A stretch of DNA of 64,000 nt from Bacillota bacterium (lineage in GTDB: Bacteria; Bacillota; Clostridia; Acetivibrionales; DSM-1351): positions 30,837 through 94,836 of the forward strand of contig JAEYHZ010000015.1 of the NCBI GenBank assembly GCA_023409265.1, written 5' to 3'. A program made the translations under genes and the position numbers. Under the pieces are notes generated by a model. That model was not told the DNA's origin. It worked only from the letters and a program-made list of their open reading frames with translations, and searched no databases. Every line of letters starts with the position of its first letter. Position 1 is the first letter of the stretch. Positions 32,801 to 41,334 of the stretch are shown one piece after another.

Positions 32801-33599
32801 ACCGAGAATCTTTATCCCAGTATTTCCGGGGACAAACTGTGAATACGACACTAAAAAGGTGTTTGAAAATGCCGGAGGAATCGTGGAAACTCTTGTTATC
32901 AGAAATCTGTCCCACAGTGCTGTTGAAGAGTCAATACAGGAGATGGAAAGACTTATTGACAATTCCCAGATAATAATGATACCGGGTGGCTTCAGTGCCG
33001 GTGATGAGCCTGAGGGATCAGGCAAGTTCATAGCCACCGCCTTTAGAAACCCTGTTATCAGCCAGGCGGTAATGAGGCTCCTCAAACAGAGGGACGGTCT
33101 TGCAATGGGTATATGTAACGGCTTCCAGGCATTAATAAAACTGGGACTGCTGCCTTTCGGAGAAATCCGGGATATTGATGACAGCTGTCCGACATTGACT
33201 TTTAACACTATCGGACGTCACCAGTCCAGCCTGGTGAATACGAAAATTACCTCAAACCTTTCGCCGTGGTTGAATAATGTAAAGGTTGGAGATATTCACA
33301 CTATAGCTGTTTCCCACGGTGAAGGCAGATTTACCGCAAATACTGAGGTTCTGAACACTTTGGAGGCAAACGGCCAGATAGCTACTCAATATGTTGACTT
33401 AAACGGAAAACCGACATATGATATTAGTTATAATCCTAACGGGTCTGTGAATGCAATTGAAGGCATTACCAGCCCTGACGGAAGGGTGTTTGGCAAAATG
33501 GGTCACTCTGAGCGAATAGGGTCAAATCTTTACAAAAATGTACCCGGTGAAAAGGATCAGCAGCTTTTCAAGGCAGGAGTTGACTATTTCAGAGCTTGA
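29829..33599 (+). CDS. purL: Phosphoribosylformylglycinamidine synthase (large fused type)
   Basis: WSDHCRH, ETHNHPT, DFGAGG, GGKDSMS; glutaminase domain PGTNC, GICNGFQ, MGHSER. Confidence 0.97.
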   Translation: MRSIVKRLFVEKKKPYDVEAQGLLTDLTETLGVRALESVKIINRYDIEGITEDEYQMARNTIFSEPPVDYAYDEEYILPEGSKAFAVEYLPGQYDQRADSAAQCIQLLTQGERPEIKAARVIVLNGAISDHDLAAIKKYYINPVESQEAKMEKPGTLKTEVEQPDDVAAINGFINMDQEQLSALLKEMGFAMSLDDILFCQTYFKDTERRDPSVTEMRMIDTYWSDHCRHTTFLTCIDSVRFQQGKYSKIIEDTFNDYKAAREDIYKDRDDKDVCLMDVALMAMKTLKKQGKLDDLDLSDEINACSIVVNADINGKSEEWLVMFKNETHNHPTEIEPFGGAATCLGGAIRDPLSGRVYVYQAMRVTGSGDPRTSLEDTISGKLPQKKITTGAAAGYSSYGNQIGLATGQVAEIYNEGYVAKRMEIGAVLGAAPRRNVVRMQPQAGDKIILLGGRTGRDGCGGATGSSKAHTEESLVSCGAEVQKGNAPTERKIQRLFRDPEVSILIKRCNDFGAGGVSVAIGELADGLEINLDMVPKKYEGLDGTELAISESQERMAVVVDAANVDKFIKYSDRENLEAVVVAEVTAEPRLRMSWRGRQIVNLSREFLNSNGAKQRIDIEITAPKEESYFDRFNNMEIKDLTEKWVANLQNLNRCSQKGLVERFDSTIGANTVLMPFGGRNQLTPAEGMAAKLPLMEGDTTTGTLMTYGYNPEISIWSPFHGAVFAVVESVAKIAAMGGDYSKVRLTLQEYFEKPGRDAMRWGKPLSALLGAYYAQMKLGTAAIGGKDSMSGSFNELDVPPTLVSFAVDTVNVNNVVSNEFKAVGSKVVLLTVGLDNNYLPDFTQLDSVYRVIHKMASQNKLLSASSVKEGGIAEIISKMAFGNMIGFKFENDIDAATLFKPLYGSLIVELPESFDISAFEGLNFILLGMTTENAEIGFKETKMKLDMLVEKWQSPLEKIFPTRVKLQENTAGAYRYETGVRVRSSVKVAKPRIFIPVFPGTNCEYDTKKVFENAGGIVETLVIRNLSHSAVEESIQEMERLIDNSQIIMIPGGFSAGDEPEGSGKFIATAFRNPVISQAVMRLLKQRDGLAMGICNGFQALIKLGLLPFGEIRDIDDSCPTLTFNTIGRHQSSLVNTKITSNLSPWLNNVKVGDIHTIAVSHGEGRFTANTEVLNTLEANGQIATQYVDLNGKPTYDISYNPNGSVNAIEGITSPDGRVFGKMGHSERIGSNLYKNVPGEKDQQLFKAGVDYFRA

Positions 33600-33691
33600 G
33601 CAAAGCTTAAGAAATTAACTGGCCCATACCATTCTTTACATGATGATTTGTGCTGAATGTTGGCATGGGCATATTTATACATGAAAAGGAG

Positions 33692-33850
33692 GAGCCTGTT
33701 TAATATCGGCTTGTACTTGACACTTTAGATGGATTTTGCGGCGGGAAGGCTGCTTTTTGGAGTAATAATTTGTTTATTGCACAAAAGTTAAACGAAGCAT
33801 GGCGCAAAAATCCGCCAGAATTGCGGGTGTATGAGATATTAAGCAGGCTC
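33692..33850. mobile_element. 159-bp MITE-like palindromic element
   Basis: Terminal inverted repeats gagcctgtttaatatc / gatattaagcaggctc (15/16); inner ggattttgcg / cgcaaaaatcc. Confidence 0.7.
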
Positions 33851-33862
33851 TAAAGTGAGGTC

Positions 33863-34336
33863 ATGAAGGAAAAAAGTTCAAAACTGGTAAGATATCTGGT
33901 CATTTTTCTGCTTGCAGCATATCTGTTTCTGTTGGTCTACCTGACTTTTTTCAGCCATTATTACGGCAGGGGAGAAAGACTTTTTCGCAATGCTAATTTT
34001 ATTCCTTTCAAAACCATATTATTTTACTTGAATTCCGGTATGGACTGGATTACTGTAACAAATCTGGCAGGAAATATTGCGGCCTTTGTGCCTTTAGGGT
34101 TTTTACTGCCTTTGTCATTCAAGAAGATGAGAAGCTTCCTCAAAGTATTACTAGCAGCACTTTTAGTTACTGTTATTATCGAGACAGGCCAATACTTGCT
34201 GATAGTTGGCTCGGCCGATATTGATGATGTTTTTCTAAATCTCCTGGGAGCCATGGCAGGCTATTTTTTTTACAAAGTATTTATCTTTATATGGAAAGCT
34301 TTAACCACCTCCCGTGCTTTTGCCCCACTAAAATAA
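33863..34336 (+). CDS. VanZ-like membrane protein
   Basis: NFIPFKTI, NLAGNIAAFVPLG, IETGQ, DIDDVFLNLLG. Confidence 0.88.
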   Translation: MKEKSSKLVRYLVIFLLAAYLFLLVYLTFFSHYYGRGERLFRNANFIPFKTILFYLNSGMDWITVTNLAGNIAAFVPLGFLLPLSFKKMRSFLKVLLAALLVTVIIETGQYLLIVGSADIDDVFLNLLGAMAGYFFYKVFIFIWKALTTSRAFAPLK

Positions 34337-34637
34337 TTAATCGAATTTTATTTCCTAAAGCAACTAAATACATTAAGAAAATAATATTATTGTTATAATA
34401 TGGCAAAACTTATTAAAGTCCAAAAACTAAAGAAGGCAATCCATGAGAGATTTTAGATTTCTTGCAGTCTATTGGAAAAAATGTTATCATGGAAAAAGTT
34501 ATGAAGCTTTCGGAGTGTGGTCTGCATGAAGAATTTATTTTAGTAGGTGCCTAGTCTCGTCTTCATGTTTTAAATACCACAAGGTTTTTATATTAATATG
34601 TTACTGTGTGTAATAGTACACGGATGGGAGGTTTATT

Positions 34638-35438
34638 ATGAAAATATCATTTTCTACGCTTGGATGTCCTGACTGGAGCTGGGAGGATATGCTCTCTACA
34701 GCCAAGGACATAGGGTTTGATGGTATTGAGATTCGAGGTATAGGAAATGAACTGTATGCTCCAAAAGCCAAGCAGTTTGCTTTGGATAATATTGATCTGA
34801 CCAAAAAGAAGCTGGATAAGATAGGAATAGAAATTCCATGTCTTACTTCTGCAAGCTATTTATTTGATAAAACTAATATTGAAAAACATGTAAGGGAAGC
34901 TCAGGATTACATTGAACTGGCTGCTAAATTAGGCACGCCATACGTCAGAGTACTTGGTGATGCGCAGCCTCAAGCAGGAGAGCCTGATATTGATTTTGTT
35001 ATTGAAAACTTAAAGAAGCTGTCAGTATTTGCAAAAGAAAAAGGTGTTAGGATACTTCTGGAAACAAACGGTGTTTTTGCGGATTCAAAGGTAATGAAGG
35101 CAGCTATTGAAAAAGTTAATTCCGACAGTGTTGGCGTTCTCTGGGATGTTCATCATCCATACAGATTTTTTAAAGAATCCGTGGAAGAGACCTATGAAAA
35201 CCTGAAAAATTATATAAGTTTTATTCATATCAAGGATTCAGTAGTTGTGGATGGTATTATAAAATATAAAATGATGGGCCATGGTGATGTTCCAATTAAA
35301 AATATTATCAGGCTCTTAAAGGAAAACGATTATGCCGGTTATCTCTCATTGGAATGGGTAAAGAGATGGTGCCTGGATCTAGAGGAACCGGGAATTGTAT
35401 TTGCACACTATGCTGGTTACATGAAAAGTCTTATATAA
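34638..35438 (+). CDS. Sugar phosphate isomerase/epimerase (xylose isomerase-like TIM barrel)
   Basis: FSTLGCPDW, GFDGIEIR, LET, WDVHH, HIKD, SLEW. Confidence 0.85.
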   Translation: MKISFSTLGCPDWSWEDMLSTAKDIGFDGIEIRGIGNELYAPKAKQFALDNIDLTKKKLDKIGIEIPCLTSASYLFDKTNIEKHVREAQDYIELAAKLGTPYVRVLGDAQPQAGEPDIDFVIENLKKLSVFAKEKGVRILLETNGVFADSKVMKAAIEKVNSDSVGVLWDVHHPYRFFKESVEETYENLKNYISFIHIKDSVVVDGIIKYKMMGHGDVPIKNIIRLLKENDYAGYLSLEWVKRWCLDLEEPGIVFAHYAGYMKSLI

Positions 35439-35491
35439 ATGAAATACACAAGTAATTTAAACATTAGGTGGTACATTAAGATTATAAAAAG

Positions 35492-35523
35492 CCTGTCCAT
35501 TCTCATTAAGGGGAATGGACAGG
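35492..35523. terminator. Stem-loop (terminator or stabiliser)
   Basis: cctgtccattc / gaatggacagg; A-run only on the 5' side. Confidence 0.55.
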
Positions 35524-35591
35524 AAATAATTTGAGTATGTATGGGAAAATATGGTATTATTCTTGCGAATATAAGTTTGCGGGAGAATACT

Positions 35592-36392
35592 ATGAGACGG
35601 TATCTGATATATGTATTACTTATTCTAACATTTCTTATTACAGGCTGCGGTCAGCAGTCTGCAACACTCCATAAGCAAGGCGCATTTCAGTATAAAAATT
35701 CTACATTAAAACTCACAAAGAAGGTAAAAACCTTAAGTGTTAAAGTTGATTCGGCTGATTTACAGATTTACTGCTGGGACAATCAGGAGATAAAATATGA
35801 AATCAAGCATACGGTTAGAGATAAAAAATCTAACGAGCAGCTTGAAAAACTCCTTGAAAAATTTACAATAGATACCAGTATTGAGGATAATGTTTGCAGT
35901 TTTATTGTCAACTATAATGGAACCATAAAGAATTCTCAAGATCTACTTTCTGAGATTAAGCTAACAATTCCAAGGAGGATAAAAAGCCTGGATATTTCTC
36001 AGGAACAGGGGAGTTTCACCGTTGAAGACAAATTTGAAGGCAATATAAGTGCAGAATTGAATACTGTTAATTCAGAAATAAAATCCATGTACGGTAAACT
36101 TCTGCTAAAATGTCATACTGGAAATTTACGACTCAGTTCCGGTAAGCTTTCAAACGGTTCAGAGGTTAATGTGCAGTCAGGAAACATATACATAAAAGCC
36201 CAATGTCAGGATATGTCGAAATATACATTTCAAACGGAAACTGGAAACGTTGATTTGGCCTTTCCGGTAGACTCCAGAATAAAACTTGATGCATTTGGAA
36301 CAATTGCAAATAATCAATTTACAGGGGTAGATGGCAGTATTGATATATTGGCAAGCGCGAATATTGGAAAAATAACAATTAATGGGTACTAA
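35592..36392 (+). CDS. Lipoprotein with DUF4097/adhesin-like beta-repeats
   Basis: MRRYLIYVLLILTFLITGC lipobox; repeated T/S-G-N-I/L/V units; ATG 35592 behind GGGAG. Confidence 0.7.
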   Translation: MRRYLIYVLLILTFLITGCGQQSATLHKQGAFQYKNSTLKLTKKVKTLSVKVDSADLQIYCWDNQEIKYEIKHTVRDKKSNEQLEKLLEKFTIDTSIEDNVCSFIVNYNGTIKNSQDLLSEIKLTIPRRIKSLDISQEQGSFTVEDKFEGNISAELNTVNSEIKSMYGKLLLKCHTGNLRLSSGKLSNGSEVNVQSGNIYIKAQCQDMSKYTFQTETGNVDLAFPVDSRIKLDAFGTIANNQFTGVDGSIDILASANIGKITINGY

Positions 36393-36437
36393 ATACTTAC
36401 AAATATAAAAGAATTTTACAAAATTTGAAAAAATATG

Positions 36438-36465
36438 TTGACAAAATCTAATAATGTAATATAAT
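36438..36465 (+). promoter_or_regulatory. Consensus sigma-A promoter of the tad locus
   Basis: TTGACA-16 bp-TATAAT. Confidence 0.7.
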
Positions 36466-36565
36466 GGTACTAGAACATATAAAATTCTTACCTTTCCCTA
36501 ATTCGTTTACGGTTTATAAAAAGATTATTAGATATTATATTATACAAAAGAACTGGAGAAAGCTA

Positions 36566-37657
36566 ATGTCACTCATAAAATTAATAATTCTGGATGATGA
36601 TGATGAATATTCATTCAATCTGTGTAATTTCCTTACTCATAATTATCCGGAAACTCTACTTGTGAATTACTGTAGTAATGCCTATAGCATAGAGGAATGG
36701 ATTAAAAAAATTGACCCCGACATTGTTCTGACATGTGAAAAGTACTACTACCAGATCCTTAAGCATTTTACCAAGCCGATAGTATTATTGACCTCGGGCA
36801 AAAACAGCTCAGGTTTATCTGATATTCCTTCAATCCAAAAGTACAAGGATATTAATAAGATTGCAGGAGATATAATAAACACCTTTACAAATACAGGAAA
36901 TATATTGAGCGCTTCAAAGGAAACATCCACGCGGGTAATATCTGTATACTCTGCCTCTGGAAATGTTGGAAAGACGTCAGTTGCAAAGGGAATAAGTTCT
37001 ATTTGTTCCCTATCCGGGCTAAGTGTCTTTTATCTTAATCTTGAGCAATTTCAATCAACAAGTCTATTTTTTTCCAGTAATGCTGAATATTCATTTTCAG
37101 ATTTAATATACTATGCCAAAGAACAGGATAGAAATTTTGTTTCAAAAATAGCCGCAATGAGATGTCAGGATTCGGCTACCAATGTTTACTTTTTCAAACA
37201 GGCGGATAATCCATTTGAAATGAATGAATTAATGCCTATGGATATTTCCTACATAATAAAAAATCTTAAAGATTGTGGGCAATATGACCTCGTTGTAATT
37301 GATATGGAATCACGGCTTGATAGTTGTACTCTGGAAGTTTTTCAAGTTGTAGATGAAGTGCTGTATGTCTTTACTGATGAGGAAATATGTTTACATAAAA
37401 CAAACTTCTTTTTGGATAGTTTAGGTAAGTTATCAAACTCTTCCAATCAATATACTTTTTTAGCTCATAAAATTTTATATGTAGCAAATAAAGTATCAAA
37501 TCAGGACCTCCCATTATCTAAAAAAATAATTTCTCATCTAACCCCCATTTCTTTAATTCCTTTCTCAAATAACATGTCTATAAAGTTCAATCTAATGGGA
37601 GGACCTGAAACCACCTACAATTCATTTAAAGATATTGCTGCAAGGTATTTGAGATAA
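36566..37657 (+). CDS. TadZ/CpaE-like protein (pseudo-receiver plus MinD/ParA-like ATPase)
   Basis: LIILDDDDEY receiver-like start, deviant Walker A SASGNVGKT, YDLVVID; first gene of the tad locus; ATG 36566 behind GGAG. Confidence 0.75.
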   Translation: MSLIKLIILDDDDEYSFNLCNFLTHNYPETLLVNYCSNAYSIEEWIKKIDPDIVLTCEKYYYQILKHFTKPIVLLTSGKNSSGLSDIPSIQKYKDINKIAGDIINTFTNTGNILSASKETSTRVISVYSASGNVGKTSVAKGISSICSLSGLSVFYLNLEQFQSTSLFFSSNAEYSFSDLIYYAKEQDRNFVSKIAAMRCQDSATNVYFFKQADNPFEMNELMPMDISYIIKNLKDCGQYDLVVIDMESRLDSCTLEVFQVVDEVLYVFTDEEICLHKTNFFLDSLGKLSNSSNQYTFLAHKILYVANKVSNQDLPLSKKIISHLTPISLIPFSNNMSIKFNLMGGPETTYNSFKDIAARYLR

Positions 37658-37664
37658 GGGTTTT

Positions 37665-37709
37665 TAAGCATTTATTGCGTCTTCCTCCTTCCCGGCCTTG
37701 CCTTTCAAA
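37665..37709 (-). repeat. Half copy (inverted) of the GCAAGG-core palindromic element
   Basis: Reverse complement tttgaaaggcaaggccgggaaggaggaagacgcaataaatgctta resembles 39252-39291 tttgagaaggcaaggcggaggagggcgcaataattgcttt. Confidence 0.7.
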
Positions 37710-37715
37710 AATTTT

Positions 37716-37757
37716 TTGCTTTAAGATTGTTCAATTTTGCTTCAAGATTGTTCAATA
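37716..37757. repeat. 21-bp direct repeat x2 plus a partial third
   Basis: ttgctttaagattgttcaatt / ttgcttcaagattgttcaata. Confidence 0.8.
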
Positions 37758-37791
37758 TTGTTTTAACTATAATTTTTATTGGAGGTAGTTT

Positions 37792-39024
37792 GTGGACCGT
37801 AATTTAATTCATGAGATGAAAGCATTAATTGGTGAAAAACTGGATCTAAAACGGAATTTTTCTGATGAAGAAATTATTGAAATTATAGAGAAATCAGTCC
37901 TGGAAAAAGCCAAACAAATGATTTTAAGCACTAATGAGAAAAAGGAAATTATCTCCGCTATTTTTAACTCATTTCGGAGACTTGATATACTTCAACCAAT
38001 TTTGGACAACCCCGAAGTAACCGAGATAATGATAAATGGCCCCAATAACATTTTTATTGAGAAGAACGGAAAGAGTACAAAATTAGACCTGGAGTTTGAA
38101 ACAGTTCAAAAGCTTGAGGACATTATTCAGATAATAGTTACTTCAGTAAACAGAACCGTTAATGAGTCAACTCCCATAGTAGATGCAAGGCTTAGAGACG
38201 GCTCAAGAATAAATGCAGTTCTTCCTCCAGTTGCTCTTAATGGGCCAATCGTCACAATCAGAAAGTTTCCTGAGAAACCAATAACAATGGAAAAGCTGAT
38301 TGAACTGAATTCTTTGACCAATGAGGCTGCCGAGGTACTGAGGAAACTTGTAATGGCAAAATACAACATATTCATCTGCGGGGGAACAGGTTCCGGCAAA
38401 ACCACATTTCTAAACGCATTATCCAACTTTATTCCCCGGGATGAGAGAATAATAACAATAGAAGACTCTGCAGAGCTCCAGATAGTGAATATACCCAATA
38501 TCGTCAGGCTTGAGACAAGAAATGCAAACCTGGAAGGAAAGGGTGAAATCACTATCAGAGACCTTATTAGAACATCACTTCGAATGCGGCCGGAAAGAAT
38601 AATTGTTGGCGAAGTAAGAGGGGCTGAAGCCATTGACATGTTACAAGCTATGAACACCGGACACGATGGTTCACTTTCTACAGGACATGCCAATTCAACA
38701 CTTGATATGTTATCCAGACTTGAAACTATGATTTTAAGTTCTTCAATACTCCCTCTTGAGGCTGTCCGTCAGCAAATAGCATCTGCAATCGACATAATAA
38801 TTTTCCTTTCGAGACTCAGAGATAAATCAAGAAGAACAATGGAAATATCTGAGGTTCTGGGCATACAGCAAGGGAAAATTATTCTTAATCCTCTTTTTTT
38901 ATTTGAAGAAACCTTTGATAAAGCATCTCCTTCCGATAGGCTTAACGGATACTTGAAAAGGACTTCAAAGTCTTTGGTAAACATACAGAAACTCAGGAAC
39001 TCAGGAATATTCTGCGATATATAA
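37792..39024 (+). CDS. cpaF: Tad pilus assembly ATPase CpaF/TadA
   Basis: EIMING, DARLRDGSRIN, GGTGSGKTT, IEDSAEL, LRMRPERIIVGEVRG, MNTGHDGSLSTGHAN. Confidence 0.95.
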   Translation: MDRNLIHEMKALIGEKLDLKRNFSDEEIIEIIEKSVLEKAKQMILSTNEKKEIISAIFNSFRRLDILQPILDNPEVTEIMINGPNNIFIEKNGKSTKLDLEFETVQKLEDIIQIIVTSVNRTVNESTPIVDARLRDGSRINAVLPPVALNGPIVTIRKFPEKPITMEKLIELNSLTNEAAEVLRKLVMAKYNIFICGGTGSGKTTFLNALSNFIPRDERIITIEDSAELQIVNIPNIVRLETRNANLEGKGEITIRDLIRTSLRMRPERIIVGEVRGAEAIDMLQAMNTGHDGSLSTGHANSTLDMLSRLETMILSSSILPLEAVRQQIASAIDIIIFLSRLRDKSRRTMEISEVLGIQQGKIILNPLFLFEETFDKASPSDRLNGYLKRTSKSLVNIQKLRNSGIFCDI

Positions 39025-39193
39025 CGAAGCAATAAATGTTCCCCAACTCTATTAATGGCGAATAACGCTTCGGGTTTCAAGCGGCGGGCACATATCCATG
39101 GTCACTGATGGTGACCTTTGCCTGATAGAAACGCAGATGAGTTAAGAAAATTTTTCTACAACCGAAAAATTTTCTATGAACTAATGCGTTATA
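39020..39193. repeat. Dispersed palindromic element, TATAACG...CGTTATA family, copy 2
   Basis: Matches 6364-6501 at both ends; overlaps the cpaF stop codon. Confidence 0.8.
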
Positions 39194-39206
39194 GTACATT
39201 AAAAAT

Positions 39207-39369
39207 TAAGGAATAGATAAATAATAAAACCGATTTTCAGGGGAGATAGTCTTTGAGAAGGCAAGGCGGAGGAGGGCGCAATAATTGCTTTATTGCAACT
39301 GACGACAACGCAGTATTTTCGGGAAATAGCCCCCTGAAAAATGGGAAGTTGCTATTTAACTGTTCCTAA
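39207..39369. mobile_element. 163-bp MITE-like palindromic element (GCAAGG...AACGCAG core)
   Basis: Outer imperfect inverted repeat taaggaatagataaata / tatttaactgttcctaa; inner ttttcagggg / cccctgaaaa; apical gcaataa / ttattgc. Confidence 0.7.
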
Positions 39370-39385
39370 GTTGGGAGTGAGGTTT

Positions 39386-40129
39386 TTGCAGGACTATGAT
39401 GAGTACATTATTCCTCTTAAATGGAAAGTAATTTATTGTTTATTAGCAGCCGCAATTATTTTTTCTGTTTCATATCTCTTTTACAGAAGCTTGATTTTTG
39501 CAGTAATTTTAAGCCCGCTAAGTTTATTTTATCTAAAGTATAAAAAGAAGCAGCTCATTCTTAAGAGAAAAAATGAATTGAATTTACAGTTTAAGGATTT
39601 ACTTGCATCACTGTCGTCTTCGCTCGCCGCGGGAAAAGCTATAGAAAACGCATTTATCAATGCTTTGGACGATCTACATGTCCTTTATCCCGGAGAGGAG
39701 GCAAGCATAATAAAGGAAACCAGAATTATAATACGCAAATTATCATTGAATGTAACTGTGGAAGAGGCAATAAGTGATTTGGCAAAACGCTCAAAATTAG
39801 ATGACATAATTAACTTTTCCGATGTTATTTGCATTTGCAAAAGAACAGGTGGAAATTTAATTGAAGCAATTAAAAATGCATCAGGCATTATAAGTGATAA
39901 GATTGAAATGAAACAAGAGATCGAAACAATTCTTTCCTCAAGAAAGTTTGAGCAAAAAATCCTGAACATAATGCCAGTGGGAATGATTTTTATTTTATCT
40001 GTTACTGCAGAGGAATATATAAGCCCTGTTTTTACAACAATTCAAGGGAAAGCAGCTATGTCTGTATGTCTTTTATTATTGATTCTGGCATACATTCTTT
40101 CCCATAGAATTATGAATATTAAAATGTGA
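39386..40129 (+). CDS. tadB: TadB-like (T2SS F-family) membrane platform protein
   Basis: QFKDLL..LSSSLAAG..IENA, KRTGGNL, three TM segments; TTG start at 39386 behind GGGAGTGAGG. Confidence 0.85.
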   Translation: MQDYDEYIIPLKWKVIYCLLAAAIIFSVSYLFYRSLIFAVILSPLSLFYLKYKKKQLILKRKNELNLQFKDLLASLSSSLAAGKAIENAFINALDDLHVLYPGEEASIIKETRIIIRKLSLNVTVEEAISDLAKRSKLDDIINFSDVICICKRTGGNLIEAIKNASGIISDKIEMKQEIETILSSRKFEQKILNIMPVGMIFILSVTAEEYISPVFTTIQGKAAMSVCLLLLILAYILSHRIMNIKM

Positions 40130-40135
40130 GGATAT

Positions 40136-41044
40136 ATGATTTACTTAAGAATAACCAATATAGCCTTTCTTTTTCTAACTGTTGCAATATTTTTAATAAT
40201 ATTGCTAATGAACGGTAATAAATATTCAGGATATGTAATGGCTTTAGAGGAGAAGGAGTTTGCCCTGAAAAAGCTGTATCCGTTTGGCTTGTATATCCTG
40301 GACCGAACCGGTTATTCATTTGATTCAGCATATGACCGGAAAATTCTAAATTTTATCTCTGAAATATATGGACAGGAGTATTCATCTTTTTACGTCAGAG
40401 TATTGTATGCAAATAAAATTATTATTGCAGTGCTCTTCATTATAGTAGAGTTGTTTACAGCCCTGGCCAGTAAATATGACAGTACTTTTTGTGTTTATGT
40501 AATCTTACTTTTGGGATTTCTTTTTATTTCAGATGATACCCGGCTTAAAAATAAAGTGAAAAAGCGAAGGCTGGAGATGCAGTTGGAATTTCCGAATTTT
40601 ATAAATAAACTTACATTGTTATTAAATGCCGGAATGACTATGACTAAGGCCTGGGAAAAGATATCTGAAGACAGAATATCTGCAGTTAACTGTGGTAAGG
40701 GAGCATTTTATTCGGAGGTCGATAAAACAGTAGCAGATTTACGGGCCGGTAAGAATGAAGCGGAAGCATACAGTCTATTTGCAAAGAGGGTAAAAACACC
40801 TGAAATTTCAAGACTTATGTCAACAATTTTGCAGAACACAAAAAGAGGTGGAAATGATTTGGTTCTTTCTCTAAGACTTCAAGCCAATGAGTGTTGGGAA
40901 ATGCGGAAAAATGCTATAAAAAAATTGGGAGAGGAGGCTTCAACTAAACTTTTATTTCCCATGATGATTATGTTTTTCGCAATTATCATAATAGTTGTAA
41001 CACCTGCGGTTATATCAATGCAGGGAGCAACATCGAATTTTTGA
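40136..41044 (+). CDS. tadC: TadC-like (T2SS F-family) membrane platform protein
   Basis: FPNFINKLTLLLNAGMT, GEEASTKLLFPM. Confidence 0.85.
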   Translation: MIYLRITNIAFLFLTVAIFLIILLMNGNKYSGYVMALEEKEFALKKLYPFGLYILDRTGYSFDSAYDRKILNFISEIYGQEYSSFYVRVLYANKIIIAVLFIIVELFTALASKYDSTFCVYVILLLGFLFISDDTRLKNKVKKRRLEMQLEFPNFINKLTLLLNAGMTMTKAWEKISEDRISAVNCGKGAFYSEVDKTVADLRAGKNEAEAYSLFAKRVKTPEISRLMSTILQNTKRGGNDLVLSLRLQANECWEMRKNAIKKLGEEASTKLLFPMMIMFFAIIIIVVTPAVISMQGATSNF

Positions 41045-41056
41045 CAGGAGGTTAAT

Positions 41057-41266
41057 ATGCTTACTACATTAAAAAGATTTATTTTAGAAGAAGATGGTAT
41101 GGGAACTGTTGAGGTTATCATAATAATTGCCGTACTGGTAGGAGTGGCTTTGCTCTTCAGAAAGCAGCTGATTAACTTTGTGAATGGTATAATCAATAAC
41201 CTTTTTCCTGATGCCAGCAAGCTGGAAAACAATAAAACAGGAACACAAGGTTCACTTGGGGGCTAG
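41057..41266 (+). CDS. flp: Flp1-like type IVb/c major pilin
   Basis: Short leader ending EEDG, then MGTVEVIIIIAVLV (Glu at +5, hydrophobic helix); CAGGAGG RBS. Confidence 0.9.
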   Translation: MLTTLKRFILEEDGMGTVEVIIIIAVLVGVALLFRKQLINFVNGIINNLFPDASKLENNKTGTQGSLGG

Positions 41267-41334
41267 CCGGCGGGCCGACCCACCCTCCGGATATTCTGAT
41301 AGCAGTTTAAATATTCAGCCACACTGAAGGGGCG

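Noticed and set aside
33863..34336. Glycopeptide resistance locus
   Set aside because: A lone VanZ-like gene with no vanHAX or vanRS; the family is widespread.
34515..34585. Hairpin (catgaaga/tcttcatg, gtggt/accac) as a riboswitch or T-box
   Set aside because: No T-box or riboswitch consensus and no clear expression platform.
36392..36566. c-di-GMP riboswitch ahead of the pilus operon
   Set aside because: No class I or class II consensus is visible; the leader is AT-rich and looks unstructured.
38127..38693. Long antisense ORFs (also 31154-31693, 56217-56783, 14270-14764)
   Set aside because: They are shadow frames opposite well-supported genes, with no RBS or motifs.
39020..39193. Integron attC site (also 6364-6501)
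   Set aside because: The ends only loosely fit RYYYAAC/GTTRRRY, the copies are isolated beside core genes, and there is no integrase. Kept as an unclassified repeat.
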